Source: Setoptus koraiensis
Lineage: Eukaryota > Animalia > Arthropoda
DNA: 64,000 nucleotides
NCBI GenBank assembly: GCA_048013815.1
Contig: CM106586.1
Span: forward strand, 7,006,001 to 7,070,000
Direction of reading: 5' to 3'
Positions 39,224 to 53,100 of the stretch are shown here, one piece after another. Below the pieces are notes generated by a model that saw nothing but the letters and a program-made list of their open reading frames with translations, ran no database searches and had not been told where the DNA came from. The translations under genes and the position numbers were made by a program. Each line of letters starts with the position of its first letter. Position 1 is the stretch's first letter.

Positions 39224-42062
39224 ATGATTTCCAGCCATCAGTCTAGCCAACAGGACAACAGTGGCGGCCAGGGCGCCACTCAGAATGGTCAACAGCAAGC
39301 GACAGTGGCGTCCGCTCAGATGCAACCGCCGGCCGCGCAACCACCGGCCCCACTACAACAACAGCAACAACAGCAGCAGCAGCAACAACAACAACAACAA
39401 CAACAGTCCAGTGGTCAGCAATCTAGCGCCGGAATCGCACAGGTGCCCCAATTGAGCGCCAGCCTGGTCAGTGGCACCGCGCAGGCCCAACAGCTTCAGG
39501 TGGCTGGAAATCCCGTTCTTGACCAGGCCAGTGGTGCCCAACAGCAACAACAGCAACAACAGCAACAACAGCAGCAACACCAACAACAACACCAACAACA
39601 ACAACCGCAGCAGCAGCAACAACAACAACAACAGCAACAACAGGCCAACATTCAGCACGATCACAGTCACCACAACAACAGGAATCACCCAGCCGACAGC
39701 CGACACCATCAGCAGTTGACGTCGCCCCAGTCGCACCACCAACAACAACAGCAACAACAACAGCAGCAGCAGCAGATTATTCACCAGCAGCAGCACCAGC
39801 AACAACAACCAAATGGCAACCACGATCACCACCACCAACAACAACAACCACCGCCGCCGCCGCCGCCCTCACAACATCAGCACCACCAACACCAGGCACA
39901 CCACCAGCACCAACAACAACAGCACCAGCCACACCAACAGCAACAACAACACCAGCCACATCAGCACCAGCATCAGCAGCAGCAACCACAGCAGCAACAA
40001 CAACATCACCACCACCACCACAGTCAACAGCATAACGCCAATCAGCAACACAACACAAATCAACACCAACAACAACAACACCAGCACCACCATCAACAAC
40101 AGCACCGCCAGCCGCATCAGCAGCAACAGGTGCATCATCCGCACCAGCAGAACAACATTACGCTAAACGATCTTTGTTACTCGTTGAACGATGACCATCA
40201 TCTCCATTTGCCGTTGCCGTTGCCCGTGTTGAGCGCGGCCAGCGCACTGACCGGTGGCGCAAGCGGTGGCGCCACCCAATTGATGGCCCTGGACAGCGGC
40301 AGCGGGCCCGGCGGCCAGCAAACTGTCCAACAACAAACACTGACAACGGGCGGCACGGGACCCGGCGGCGCGGGAGCCGGTGGCGGCGCAACACACACTC
40401 AGGATCTATTGAATGGCAACTCTCACCAGGTGCAACAGCAGCAGCAGACGGCGGGCGCACAAGTGTCCGCGGGCATAACGGTGGCCGCACATCATCACAA
40501 TTACTGGCCGGTCGGGATGGCGGCGCTGCCGGCGGCCAATTCGGTGGTGACGGCGGCCGCCTACGCAGCACAATTGGGCGGCTCCGAGGACGAGCGCGAA
40601 TGCGTCAATTGTGCGGCCACACAAACCCCGCTGTGGCGCCGCGACCAAAGCGGAAATTACCTGTGCAACGCGTGCGGCTTATACACCAAGACCAACGGGC
40701 AGAACCGGCCCGCCACTAGGCCCCACAAGCGAATGTCCACGGCGCGCCGGCAGGGCATGAGCTGTACAAATTGCACGACGCAAACAACAACCCTATGGAG
40801 GCGCAATAGTCAAGGTGATCCGGTTTGCAACGCCTGTGGACTGTACTTCAAGTTGCACAATGTGAGTATATTCTGTTTGACGTTCAATCGATTGGCAACT
40901 GTCAACTGTCAGTTGTCAATTGTCATTGGTCGTGCGTGCCGTGTTCAAATCGCATGACATGTCGCTATAGTCGCCGAGCGGATCTGTCACTAGCGAGTTG
41001 CCGAGATCAGCTGTTTGCGTCAGTTTGCGCGCGCGTCGCATGACATATGTCACATGACACATGACATGTGTCAGCTGATCGCAAGCTGCGATTGTAAATT
41101 GTAAATTGATCGGCAATTGTGGCCGCCACCTATAAAGCCTATAAAGCCGCTCATAAATAATGGTAATTAATCAATTAACCGATTCTTTCGCCGTCGCCTC
41201 ACCCGTCGCCCCACCCGACGCGCCCGACGCCCGCCGCGCGCTGACCCGATGCGCCCGATGACACAATTCGCCCGACGCACACCCGCGCAATGACGCGATG
41301 CGCACCCGATGGCACAACCACCCGGACCGGAAATGGGCGCAGCAAAACCGACCGCTGGCCATGAAAAAGGACGGCATACAGACGAGAAAGCGCAAGCCCA
41401 AGCAACCGGGCAACCCGGTCTACACAGTGACAAACTCATACGGGATGACGCACGCGGGCGACAGTCACGTCATTGTGTCCAATCACACGCCCAATCACTG
41501 TCACCAGCAGATTAGCGGTGGCCCGCCGCAGCAGCAGCAGCCACTGGACACGCAGCAAGCGTCGGGGCAGCAGCAGCAAATGCCCAGACAGCAGCAGCAG
41601 CAACCGCAACAGGTGCCCCAAGCGGTGGGTACGGGAGTCGGCGCGGGCGTGGCTGTCCCAGTCGAGGTGGTGTCGGCGCCGCCAGCGGGCGCACCGGCAA
41701 GTGCCACGCCGACAGCAACGGTGACGCCGACAGGTTCAACTAGTCAGACGCAGCATACTCTTGCGCATACCATTACAATGGAACAACAGCAGCAACAACA
41801 GCAGCAACAACAACAACAACAACAACAGCAGCAACAACAGCAACAACATCAACAACAACACCAGCAGCAGCTACAGGCAGGCAGCCTGGCGAGCAGCCAG
41901 TCGCTGGTTAGCGAGCTGAAAATCGAGCCGAGCGATCCGGTGATCGAAGAGAGAGAAATCCAGCAGCAACAACAGCAGCAACAACAGCAACAACAACAAC
42001 AACAGCAGCAGCTCATATTGAGCGGCAACAACGGCGACGCCGAACAGCAGCGACCTCTATAG
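39224..42062 (+). CDS. GATA: GATA4/5/6-class transcription factor, paralog a (polyQ/H); exons 39224-40861, 41343-42062
   Basis: Two C4 fingers, [30 protein letters not shown] and [32 protein letters not shown], then the spliced basic tail [18 protein letters not shown] (TRKRKP is the GATA456 type). AATAAA at 42099. Confidence 0.93.
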
Positions 42063-42242
42063 TGTGTGTAGTATAGACGCGACAGGTATAGGCTTTCGAA
42101 TAAAGCGACTAATTTACTTTGATTTAATTTGCTGTCGGCTCTCTCGGCTGGCGTCGTCTGCGGCAACTTGCAACAGCAACTGCAAACAGTCTCGACACTC
42201 TCGTATTTATGTATTTCATTCCCTCTATTTTATCCCTTGGCG

Positions 42243-42244
<2 letters not shown>

Positions 42245-42287
<43 letters not shown>

Positions 42288-42559
42288 GCGTGTGTGTGTC
42301 GCCGCGATGCCCTACCTACCCGACGAATTGTGCGCCACTGCGCATGAGCACAACCACAAATGTACAAACAAACAGACAGACGGGCAGGCAAACAAACAAA
42401 CAAACAAACAACCAACAGCCAGTGAGCAAATAGTTGCAGTTGATTACAGTCGAATGAGTCGAGTTTCGCAGTTTGCTGCCCGAGTCTATCCATTCCATAC
42501 ACCTGTCGGCGCTGCCGTCTGTCCCGTCTGTCAGCTTCTCTGCCCTCCCCACTGTGTGC

Positions 42560-42601
<42 letters not shown>

Positions 42602-42771
42602 GCGTCGTCGTCGCCCGGCTTTTGCCCGCCGCCGCCGCCGCTGTCCCTCTGTCGTGTGTCGTCGTGTTGTTGTTGCTGTTCATACTATTCATACTATCAG
42701 CACAAACATTTATTTGCAAGGAGAACTTCTTTTCCTTTTTCTTCTTGCTTGTGTGTGTGTGTGTGTGTGCG

Positions 42772-42813
<42 letters not shown>

Positions 42814-42860
42814 TGTGTGAGTGTGTGTGCGCGCGCGTGTGTGTGTGTGTGTGTGTGTGT
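42245..42860. repeat. Cluster of three (GT)n microsatellites between the GATA paralogs
   Basis: Runs at about 42245-42298, 42555-42602 and 42750-42860. Confidence 0.95.
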
Positions 42861-42870
42861 CACAATCATT

Positions 42871-45800
42871 ATGTCATCGCAACAACAATCAATCTATCAA
42901 TTGGCCAACAGTTCTGGTACAGTTATCTACGACGATAATAGCGCAGCAGCGACAACAAACCAACAACAACAACAGCAACAACAACATCATTACCACCTGA
43001 ACCAACAGCAACAGCAGCACCCGTTCACTAACAGCGAACAGAGCAACGGCAGCAGCACCAACGGCACTCCCCATCAACAACAAGTGGCCCCAACAGCAAC
43101 ACTAGCGATTGTCGAATCACAGCAGCAGCAACAACAACAACAGCAACAACAACAGCAACAACAGCAACAACAACAACAACAGCAGCAACAACAACCACAC
43201 TCGACGGCGACCGCAAATCACCTGTCGGTGGGCGACTTTTGTTTGCCTATAACGGACGCGCATCATGCAAATGCGGCCTTCACAATAGCCTACGGACACT
43301 ATTTATACAACAACCACCACCACCATCATCTGGCAAGCCATGCCGTCGCCAACCATGCCCACCACCACCACCACCATGCGCACCACCATTTGAGCGCCGC
43401 AGCGGCAGTGGTAGTTCACCAGGTATCGTCGGCGGCGGCCGCGGCAGCCCAGCATCAGAGCAGCAACGCAGCGAGCGCCAACAACAACAACAGCAACCAC
43501 ACCAACAATCACAACAACAACAACAGCAACCACAAAAACGGCAACAACTCAACAAACAACGGCTCAATTTCATCTCACCTGTCGTCTGCTTCAACGACCG
43601 GCCACAGCAACAGCAATAATCAAACAACAAATAATTTGAGTATCCAAAGCAACGGCTCGTCGCTTACGTCACCTTCAACGTCGACTTCCACATCCACGCC
43701 GAGCGCTCAACAAGCGAACCAGCAAACAACAACAGCAAACAACTCATCGTCATCGTCGTCATCCTCTGATTCTGTGCGCTCCTCAGGCGCCCCAATTCAC
43801 TCAGCCACTCACTCATCTCACCTAAACAATAATCAATTGCACGCACTGGGCCCGTTAGGCGGTTGCGGCTCGTCGTCGTCGTCGTCTAATATTGTTGTCA
43901 ATAGTCTAGTAACAAATAATATGAATAGTAGTAGCAGTACAGCACACAATAATCACGGCTCGTCGTCGGCGGCGGCGGTTGCGGCGGCCGCGGCCGGAAG
44001 TTCGGCAGTTGCGTCCGCAGCGGTTGCCGCCGCCGCTGCAGCGGCCGCCGCGGCAAATCTAGCCAACACCAATAGCGTCAATTTGTTGACGGCGACGGGT
44101 AACCATTCTATTAGCAACCACCATCATCATAGTCATCATCATCATCCCTTGCATCACACTAATCATCCTACTCTGCAACAGCAGCAGCACCAGCAACATC
44201 CGTTACATCAATCACACCAATCGCACCTGCACCAGCATCATCAGCACCAGCAACAGCAACAACAGCACCAGTCGCACCTTCATCACCACCATCAGCAGCA
44301 CCAACAGCAGCAACAGCAACAACAACAACAACATCTCCAACAGCAACACAACCAACAACAACAACATCAGCACCAACAACAGCACCAGCACCAGCATCAC
44401 CAGCACCACCTAAACCAGCAGCAGCACCAGCCGCACCATCATCATCACCTGAATCATCTTAGCCAGCAGCAGCACCATCAACAACAGCACCAGCACCAGC
44501 AACAACATCAGCACCAGCAGCACCAGCATCAGCAACAACAGCAGCACCAGCATCATCAGCAGCATCACCTGAATCATCATCATCATCAATCTGCCGCCAT
44601 GGCCGCCGCCGCCGCCGTTCACGTTGGCGGCCAGGCGGCCTCTTCGGCGGCCCATGCGGCCGTTGTTGCGGCCCACAATTTGGCCGCCAGTGCGGCCGGT
44701 CACCATTGGCCGTCGGCGTCGGTGGCCAATTCGGCCGCGGCCAGTGCCGCTGTGGCCGCCTACGCGGCCCAATTCGGGTCCGAGGGCGGCCGCGAATGCG
44801 TCAATTGCGGCGCCATCAACACGCCCCTGTGGAGGCGCGACGTTGGCGGCAATTATCTATGCAACGCCTGCGGGTTGTATAGCAAAACTAACGGAATGAG
44901 CCGGCCCGCCATCAGGCCACACAAGCGAATGTCGACGGCCCGACGACAGGGAATGAATTGTCATAATTGTCAAACTCAAACAACGACATTATGGCGACGC
45001 AACAACGAGGGTGACCCCGTTTGCAACGCCTGTGGACTGTACTTCAAACTGCATGGGGTAAGTGAGTGCGTCGAGCTCCGACGCAAATTCCAAACAATTC
45101 CGACTGGTCGCAGTTCCCGTTCGAAGCCGCTCCGATTTCGATTCAAAGCCGCTCCGATTTTGATTTGAAGCCGCTCCAATTCCCGTTCGAAGGCGCTCCG
45201 GCTCGAGCCGATTCCGACAGTCGATCGGGCCGAATGGCCTGTGTCGTCTGTTGCTGTCGTCGTGTGTCGACTCGACACTGTCGAGCTGTGGCGCAACGCC
45301 AGCAACAGCTCGGATATTTCGCCGTAATTGGCTCACTGACGGCGCAATCGATCGATCGATGGAATTTGCATTTTCATTTGTCTTTGTGTGTGTCTGTCAG
45401 AATTGTCTGTCGGACCAATGATACTTGCTGTGCGGCGTTTTTTGAACACCGATCTTGACAGCTGATTCGGCCGATCAATCTATAATTAGCGCGCCTCACT
45501 CAATGTGTGTGCGTCTTTGCATGTTCTTTGTATCAACGGGCAACCAAACCAATTATGCAATGCACAATGCGACCAATGTCAACACAACCGCCCACGCACA
45601 CAATGCAATACACACGACAACAATATTGGCTACCTTATATCAGTTGGTTGTTGCGCGAATCGAAGATAAAACGACGACGACCAATAAATGGTCAGTTATC
45701 ATTGTGTTTACAAGCCATTAGCACTCTCTAATGGCTCTAATGGCTCTAATCGCTTTGATCGCTCTAATCGCTCTAATTGCTAACGGCTCGCTCGCAATCA

Positions 45801-46850
45801 CCTGTGCCGGTGTCGTGGCATGATATATAAAATTATATAATGCTGTTTGTTTGCCTCCACACGCCAGACACTTCACCTATACCATGCTGTGCCATGCTGT
45901 GCCATGAATTCTGTTTCGTGTAGCTGTTTCGCTGGTCGCACTCGGGCCACAATTTAATATATGATGTTAATATATATTAGTATATATTGATATGTGTTAC
46001 ATAATAATAAGAGGCAACAATGTCAGCCGAGCCACAGACGAGCTCCACTGACCAGTTACTCAACAGTGACAGTTGTGAGTCGCGCAAGCCAAGAGCTTGC
46101 GCTGACAATATTTAAATGACCTATAAATAATGGCAATATCTGTGCGCAGTTGGCCTGGTGCAAGTTGCAAGCAAATCTCTACCATTCAGACAGATTTGAT
46201 ATTTTAATCACGTAACCGGGTATGAGCATTTGAGTGTGTTTGAGCTGGAAAAGTTGCTCTCTGTTCATGGTCACGACATTCGGTTTGCCGGTTGTTGCAA
46301 TGACCGCTCGCCAGACAGCTTGAAGTGAATTTTGAATATTGAAGTGTCGATAGTAATCATTGTGGTCGCGCCCAAACTAGATAATCTCGCCAGATTAACC
46401 CAACGAACCAATCATATTAATAGATAATCCTTGTATCGCTTCCTTCTTCAATAATATCAATTCGTATTCAATGCAATCATGGCTATCGCTCGTTATAAAC
46501 AATTGTATCGTGGTCGCGCCGAACAAACAAAACTGTCGCCAACTGCACACCATCGACCAACAACAAACCAACAACCGACCAACAACCATCCAACAACCGA
46601 CCAACGACCGACCAACAACCGACCAACAACCATCCAACAACTACCTCGACAACAGGTGAACAGGCCGATGGCAATGAAAAAAGAGGGAATTCAGACGAGA
46701 AAGAGAAAACCCAAACAACCCGGCAACAGCGTCTATTCCATAGCCTCCAGTGGTGTCGTGAACGCTTTAAACGGAGCCCAATCGGGGGCGAACGGCATGA
46801 GTGGCAAATATCACCATTTGTCGGCCACTCCAACCAACGATCACGATTAA
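42871..46850 (+). CDS. GATA: GATA4/5/6-class transcription factor, paralog b (polyQ/H/N/A); exons 42871-45057, 46656-46850
   Basis: [30 protein letters not shown] and [33 protein letters not shown], then [20 protein letters not shown] after CAG at 46655. The start at ATG 42871 is inferred. Confidence 0.9.
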
Positions 46851-47148
46851 CCGTTATCATGTAACTCCTATAGATAAAGAGTATAGAGAGAGAGAGAGAG
46901 AGAGAGACAGAGCGAGAACGAGAGAGAGCAGGGCAAAGTGGCACGCATATTCACGCAATACAACCATTATAGGACAACACGACACCTAGTGTAAATGCCC
47001 AGTGTATAACTAAAGGGAAAATATTCAAACATTGTAATTAGCGATTTTCAATTAGCGAGCATTAATTGGCGGCCACACTACTACTACTACTAAACTACTA
47101 CTATTACAAATAGACAAACAAAAACACAGCACAGGGCGACCAGTTTTC

Positions 47149-47292
47149 AAATGCAAATTTCGAACGCGAATTCTGAATGCGAATTCCGAATGCGCGTTCC
47201 GAATGCAAATTTCGAATGCGAATTCCAAGTGCAAATTCGAAATGCTCTCGCTCTCGCTCTCGCTCTCGCTCTCGCTCTCGCTCTCTCTCTCT
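47149..47292. repeat. 13-bp minisatellite (GAATGCGAATTCC-like, ~7 units) followed by (GCTCTC)n
   Basis: Directly visible tandem units. Confidence 0.85.
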
Positions 47293-49962
47293 CCCTCGGT
47301 CGCTTGTGATCTACTTTCAACGAGCTGCAACCAGCGCGATAATTGGCCACAATGCATGCTAATTAGCTACAACGCGCGCTGATCGGCCCCAATTACAAAA
47401 ATGCGTTGCTTTGCGTGAAAAATCTGGATAAAAATGATTCGATTGCATCCAATGAAATTGAATGCAAACAACAACAAGCTCACAGGCGGCTCACGGACTC
47501 GTGCACTCGGATTGATTAAATTAAATGTGTATTAGCAACAATTACGTTGAGCAAGAAACAATCACACCACAATTACAATTACACAATTACACAATTGTGA
47601 TACAATACCAAACCATTATACCCTATACATACACAATGCGATATTACGACAACAACAACAACACGAACAACAACAGCAACAGTACAATACTGTCATTGGT
47701 CAGCTGTGTGAGCTCACTGGATTAGCTGATAATTGGCAAATAATTATAATTAGCATCATCTCATCTATCTTTTGATTGATTAACATTTGAGATAGCCCGA
47801 CAAGATTTGCGACGACATTTGAACAGCCCAAGAGAGGGTTGGTGTTGGCCCCATGCTCTTCCCGTGTAGCCTCCCATGTAGCCTCCCTATGTCCTTTCCA
47901 ACTACAATCATCATGGTCATGTTGTTATCACCATCACCTAATAATCGCCTAACACTATTAGGCCTCATATTGTTTGCAATGTTGCAACAAAACAAACACA
48001 CAAATAATAAACACACAATGACGACAATTGAGCTAGCTACGCAATTTGCAATCACTAATTGCATTGATATTATTACATATATGACAATCGGCGGCCTTCC
48101 TCTCGGTACACGCTACGTGTGTGTCCTATCGCGACAATTGTCATGAGTGTCATTTGTCAGTTTTGCGACGGCTTGTGCCCGTCGCTCGCAAATACCTGTC
48201 GGTGTCACCTGTCAGTGCTGTGACATGGTATAAAATACAAAATGCATCTAATACGAGAGTATCAGTAATTACAAGAGTGAGGTAACAAGTTACGTGAGGT
48301 GAAAAGGTCGACTCGGCAGGAGCAGATTTGAGGCAGATTTTCGGCAGATTTTCGAAAGTGAATCAATCGATATCGTCATCAGATTTTAAGTGAAGTCAAG
48401 AGAAGAAACTCTGTCTACCTGTGCGGTGTTGAGCGTGTCACAACTTGCAAAAGTTACCACTCGACTAGCATCCCGATAATATTTGCGTTGCCCAGACACG
48501 CTACAGTGGTACATTGCGACACTCCCCCGCGAACTGTGTGCGAACAATCCCGGAGCTCCCCCCTTTGGAGGTGCGCACGTCTGCGCGGCTCGTTCAATCC
48601 ATCAAGTGGCCCGCGAGTGTTCTTAGAGAGCTAAGCCCGCCTCGCGCGAACTCGAAATGATGGACCTTGTTAAACTGCAGCGAGCGACTCTGCAGCAACC
48701 ATTAGCTTATTGGAACGTCAACCTTCTGACTCGTCAAACAGCAAATAGTTTAGCAAAGGGGCAGGATTCGTACCGAGACACAGGGCGCGGGCTTGTGCGG
48801 CTTTGATTACTGGCTTGCCAGAACTTGCAAATAATACCATTCAACTAGTGTCGTGTTCATAGTTGCCTCATGGGCGAGCTACACACAATTTGTCACCGAT
48901 AAATAATGGGCGATAATGGATATGATGATATTGCCACTGACTTGATTAGTAGATTGGATCTAGTTAGATTAGATTATGTGACAATTAGATTAGTTGACAA
49001 TTGTCAACTTGACTACACTCACTAACTCATTAGAGCAGCAGCTTGATGGCAAACAAATGATTGCTAAATCGTTGTTGCTGCTCATTTATCATTATTATGC
49101 CATCATTTTATCTGCTTTGCTCAAGTATTTCTGGCAGCTATTATGCAATCTTGATCACAAAGCAAAATCGTCAAATGGTGCTTGAAATGTTGTTGTGAGT
49201 GTGTATATAAGTGTTTACAGTGTGTAACGAGCAACGTACACACTTTGCTGCCGATGTTACTGTCGATTTCGACAGCTTCCATGGCTCCAAAGGCTCAAAA
49301 AAGGCTCATTAGCTAACAGAAAAATCCAAAATAAATACCTAATAGACATGATTTGACAATATGATAGACGACAGAAGAAAAACAGAAAAAACAGAGTTAA
49401 TTCAAGTGATTTCGCATGTACGGTATGGCGATATGGCGATATATGTATGCATGTTTGGTTGGCGCATTATTATTATTGAAACATCGAAATATTGAAACAT
49501 TGAAACACCGAGCCAACAATACGATTAGCCTGATTAGCCTGATTAGCCTGGTTAGCCTGATTAGCCTGATTAGCGATCACGATCCATTGCATCATGTCAG
49601 ATTATTGTCAGATTATTAGATTAGTGTTGGCTTTGTGTCGCGACTGGGCTACTAGCAGCCAGAAATAAGCTCATTGCTTGTTTGCAATCCTCTGTTATCC
49701 GACACACTAACTAACAAATAATCGCTCTTGTTGAGCGCTCGCGCCCATAACGCCAATTTCGCGACTCTCGACCACCAATCAGAAATTGGAAAAATTAGCC
49801 AATCGACTCACATTCGTCAGCTTCCTGTTTTTGCTGCGTCTTCAGTTGTGCAAATGTGTTCGCCCTCGATAATAAGTAATCATTGCCTCGCTCGCCTGGC
49901 CCCGGCGCGATTCGTTGCGGCGTCGGCCGACGAGCGGGCTTGTGTCTCCGGAGCGGTCAGTC

Positions 49963-50180
49963 TCGATTTCGGGCCGCCAATTCCGGACTTCGGATGCCCG
50001 ATTCCCGATTTCGGACGCCCAATTCGAATTTCGTACGCACAATTTGAATTTCGGACGCCCGATTCCGGATTTCGGACGCTCAGTTTGAATTTCGAACGCT
50101 CAATTCCCGATTTCGGACGCTCGATTCCCGATTTCGGATGCCCGATTGGAACTTCGGATGGCGAGTTTCGAATTTCGATC
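49963..50180. repeat. 20-21-bp minisatellite (CCGATTTCGGACGCCCGATTC-like, ~11 units)
   Basis: Directly visible degenerate tandem array. Confidence 0.85.
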
Positions 50181-53100
50181 GGTCGCTGGCAAAATTAATA
50201 GTCATTCAGGCATCAGATTTAATCATTTAATCACGGTCAATGGAATGAGCGACGCACATAAATAGTTGCCAATACGTAGTGACAAGGTTTGTTTGTGTGG
50301 CGGCGCCAAAAGCAATCCAAGAATGCGATCTCTATCTCATTAATGTTGTGGCGCCAGCGCAAATGTACCCATGTCTCGATTTGCAGTTATTCCGAGTTTG
50401 ATTGATGCCAATAACAACGCACGCGCTTATTGTCAAGTGTGTCCACTTTTCCGCAAATGAGTTTGTCGAGTTGCTCGAATTGTCCCTCACTCTCTCTGTC
50501 TCGTGTTCCACGGCATGCCGGTGGTATGACAGTGTCACGACCAGCGCTCATTATTATGCTCGCCAGCAGCGATATTAGCGGCGATATTGGCAGCCAGATC
50601 ACACAAACAGATAATCGATCGCTGGCACGCCAGCCAGTGACAACTAAATGAAGCCCAACGAGGCCCGACGAAGCTAAATGAAGCCAAATGAAGCGATCGA
50701 TTGGGCACGCCAGCTAAAAATGTCATGTCCGTACCAGGTGAGTGCGTGTGGACACAGTGTAGTCATTTAGCGGTCCGTTGCAAAACGGGTTGGCCCGGTC
50801 CGGCTCGAAGTGGCCCCATTCAACAGGGCTCAATAGTGTTGTGCGCTCGCGAATGTTGACCACATTAATAAAGTTAATAATTGATTAAGTTTTCATTTGG
50901 TGGGCCCGTGAGAGCTCTCATAATTGTCATTGTCGCCGACGATGACAATTGCCCAACAATCACAACAACAAACAAACGACGCTCTGTCACCTGTCTGCTG
51001 ACAGTGATTTCAATTTGTCACCGTCTATCAATTATACACTTGGCCTTGGTCTATTCACGCCAGATATAGCCCGTTTAGCCAGTGACGATTGTCGGAGCGC
51101 AAATTAGCGATGACCAGCTGACCACTGATGATGATGCACCACTGTCAATTATAATTGTCGGTTATAATTGTCGGTTATAATTGTCAGTTATAATTGTCAA
51201 TTATAATTGTCCAGCGTCGATTGACAGGTGAAAGGCGAGCCCCAGAGCTCGTTTGACAGTTTGACAATGCAGCGTGTCTGACAATACAATAAGTCTGACA
51301 GATTGCGAGCGGCTCACTCAATATTGTCGCTCACAATCTGTCAAATTGATCAATTAGCGATTATTGGGCGACACACATCGATTAGTGGATGCCACCAGTG
51401 CCCACAATCGGGCCAATTGTTCAAACGTTGCACGCTCGCCACCAAATTTGGCCGGGCCGCCATTCGTTGGGCCGCGTCGGAGGCGCCACCTCAGCTACAC
51501 GTTTCGGCCCGTCGGCCATTTTGCCGCCAGTGCCGCCAGTGCCGCCATTGCCGGTCGCATGCCGAGCGGATCGCCACTCGATCCGGGATTCGGGCACGCC
51601 GTCCGTCCGCGACCGGCGACAAAAGAGCCGAGAGACGCCAAGAGAGTAGTGGACAGAACTCTCGTTTGGGCACACGACACGATTTTATAAATTGATTGGG
51701 CACCGTGTAAACTCGGTATATGTGTGTTGTCCGCAAACTGTGCCGAGATCAAGCGATTGATAGCATCGAAACAGTGGTAGCGCCCCAAACGGGCCAACCA
51801 CTCACTAACACTATCACTGTATTAGCAATACTAATTGCTGGAGGAGATTGGCATTTATTAGCATGTTATTTTCATGTTTATCTATCACTGATTCACTGAT
51901 GTGATTTGATCGATCAATCGATTATTCGGGCCGATCAGTGGCAAGTTATTGGCGTTTGCCAGCCACCAATTGGCTGGCTGGCGAACGCCAACAACTTGCC
52001 ATGGCAATGAATACAAATGTCATAAATAACCCTTTCGGGCAGCACTTACTAGGCGGTGCAGCTCGGCCCGAGCGTGTTTATTATTATTATCATTCCCAAC
52101 AGGCCGACACAAGCGAGTCACCTGTCGAAATGGCTGCCGCTGCTGCCACACTCAACTGCGGCAGCAGCAGCAGCGGCGGCAGACGGCGACTAAAATTGAA
52201 TTAAAATTAATGTCACAACGAGAAGCTTGATGAGAGCCGAAATGAGAATTGAAACGAAAATTGAAATGACTCGTCATAGCGCACACAGTGCAGGGCATGG
52301 CTGGCAAGAATGGCAGAAACGAACGATCGCTCGAACTTATATTGTGCTCGCCTTGTCTCACATCGGCGGCACAATATAATAATAATAATTTAATAATGAT
52401 ACGATATCTCTGTTTGTGTTTATGCCAGCCAGCCAGCCAGTCAGCCGACTGAAATCTGCATCTTCAATTAAGCTGCCAACGAAAGAGTTTCACTGTTCGC
52501 CTGTTCGACGTTCGACAGGTGAACAAAGCTGCCAGTGTCGCTGCTCGGTGGCTCAACGACAACTTGTTGCTGGCCCGACTCAACACTGACTGGTTAGTAG
52601 TAATTGAAACAACAGCAACGACAACAAGTTGAAATTGTCACTGCGACGACAATTGGCCAATGCGAATTTGTTTGCAAATTGCTGCAATTTTTTGTTGTTT
52701 CTCTCTAACCTTTATTACTAAAGTGTTTTTCTGTTCATCCATTAGTGTGTCGTTGCTGCTGCTGCTGCGACGACGACGACGAGCGACGACGACGGGCGCC
52801 GCCGCCGCCGCCACGCCAGCCACTCCGACTGCAACAGGTTCAATCGCAGCAGCCACTAGACTTGGCACTGTAACTATTGGAGCGACAACAGGTGAGTTGT
52901 TTCTTTTGTTGGCTTCGAAGCGAAATGTGACCAGCCAATGTGTGTGTGCATGTGCCAGCAAAGAAAGGCTGGCGAAGAAAAGAATAAATAGCGACAACAG
53001 CCTCGGGTGGAATGTGCACGCATGATGTTAGCAGCAGCAGCTAGTTTGGCATTTGCCGAGATTCAATTCCATCGGAGCCGCCAATAAATTCCTCGCCCAA

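Noticed and set aside
42064-42870. 269-codon in-frame extension upstream of GATA-b in the ORF track (poly-VC)
   Set aside because: Largely stop-free (GT)n microsatellites. It overlaps the GATA-a 3'UTR and polyA signal (42099), so ATG 42871 is the more plausible start.
39261-44899. Many overlapping poly-L/V/C/N/T ORFs on both strands
   Set aside because: Alternate-frame and antisense shadows of CAG/CAA/CAC repeats in the GATA genes.
49963-50180. CRISPR-like appearance of spaced repeats here and at 51149 and 56915-56956
   Set aside because: Contiguous tandem units without unique spacers, no cas genes, and eukaryotic context.
49728-50198. 156-aa ORF with repeated PDFG motif
   Set aside because: Translation of the 20-21-bp minisatellite with a non-ATG start; no coding evidence.
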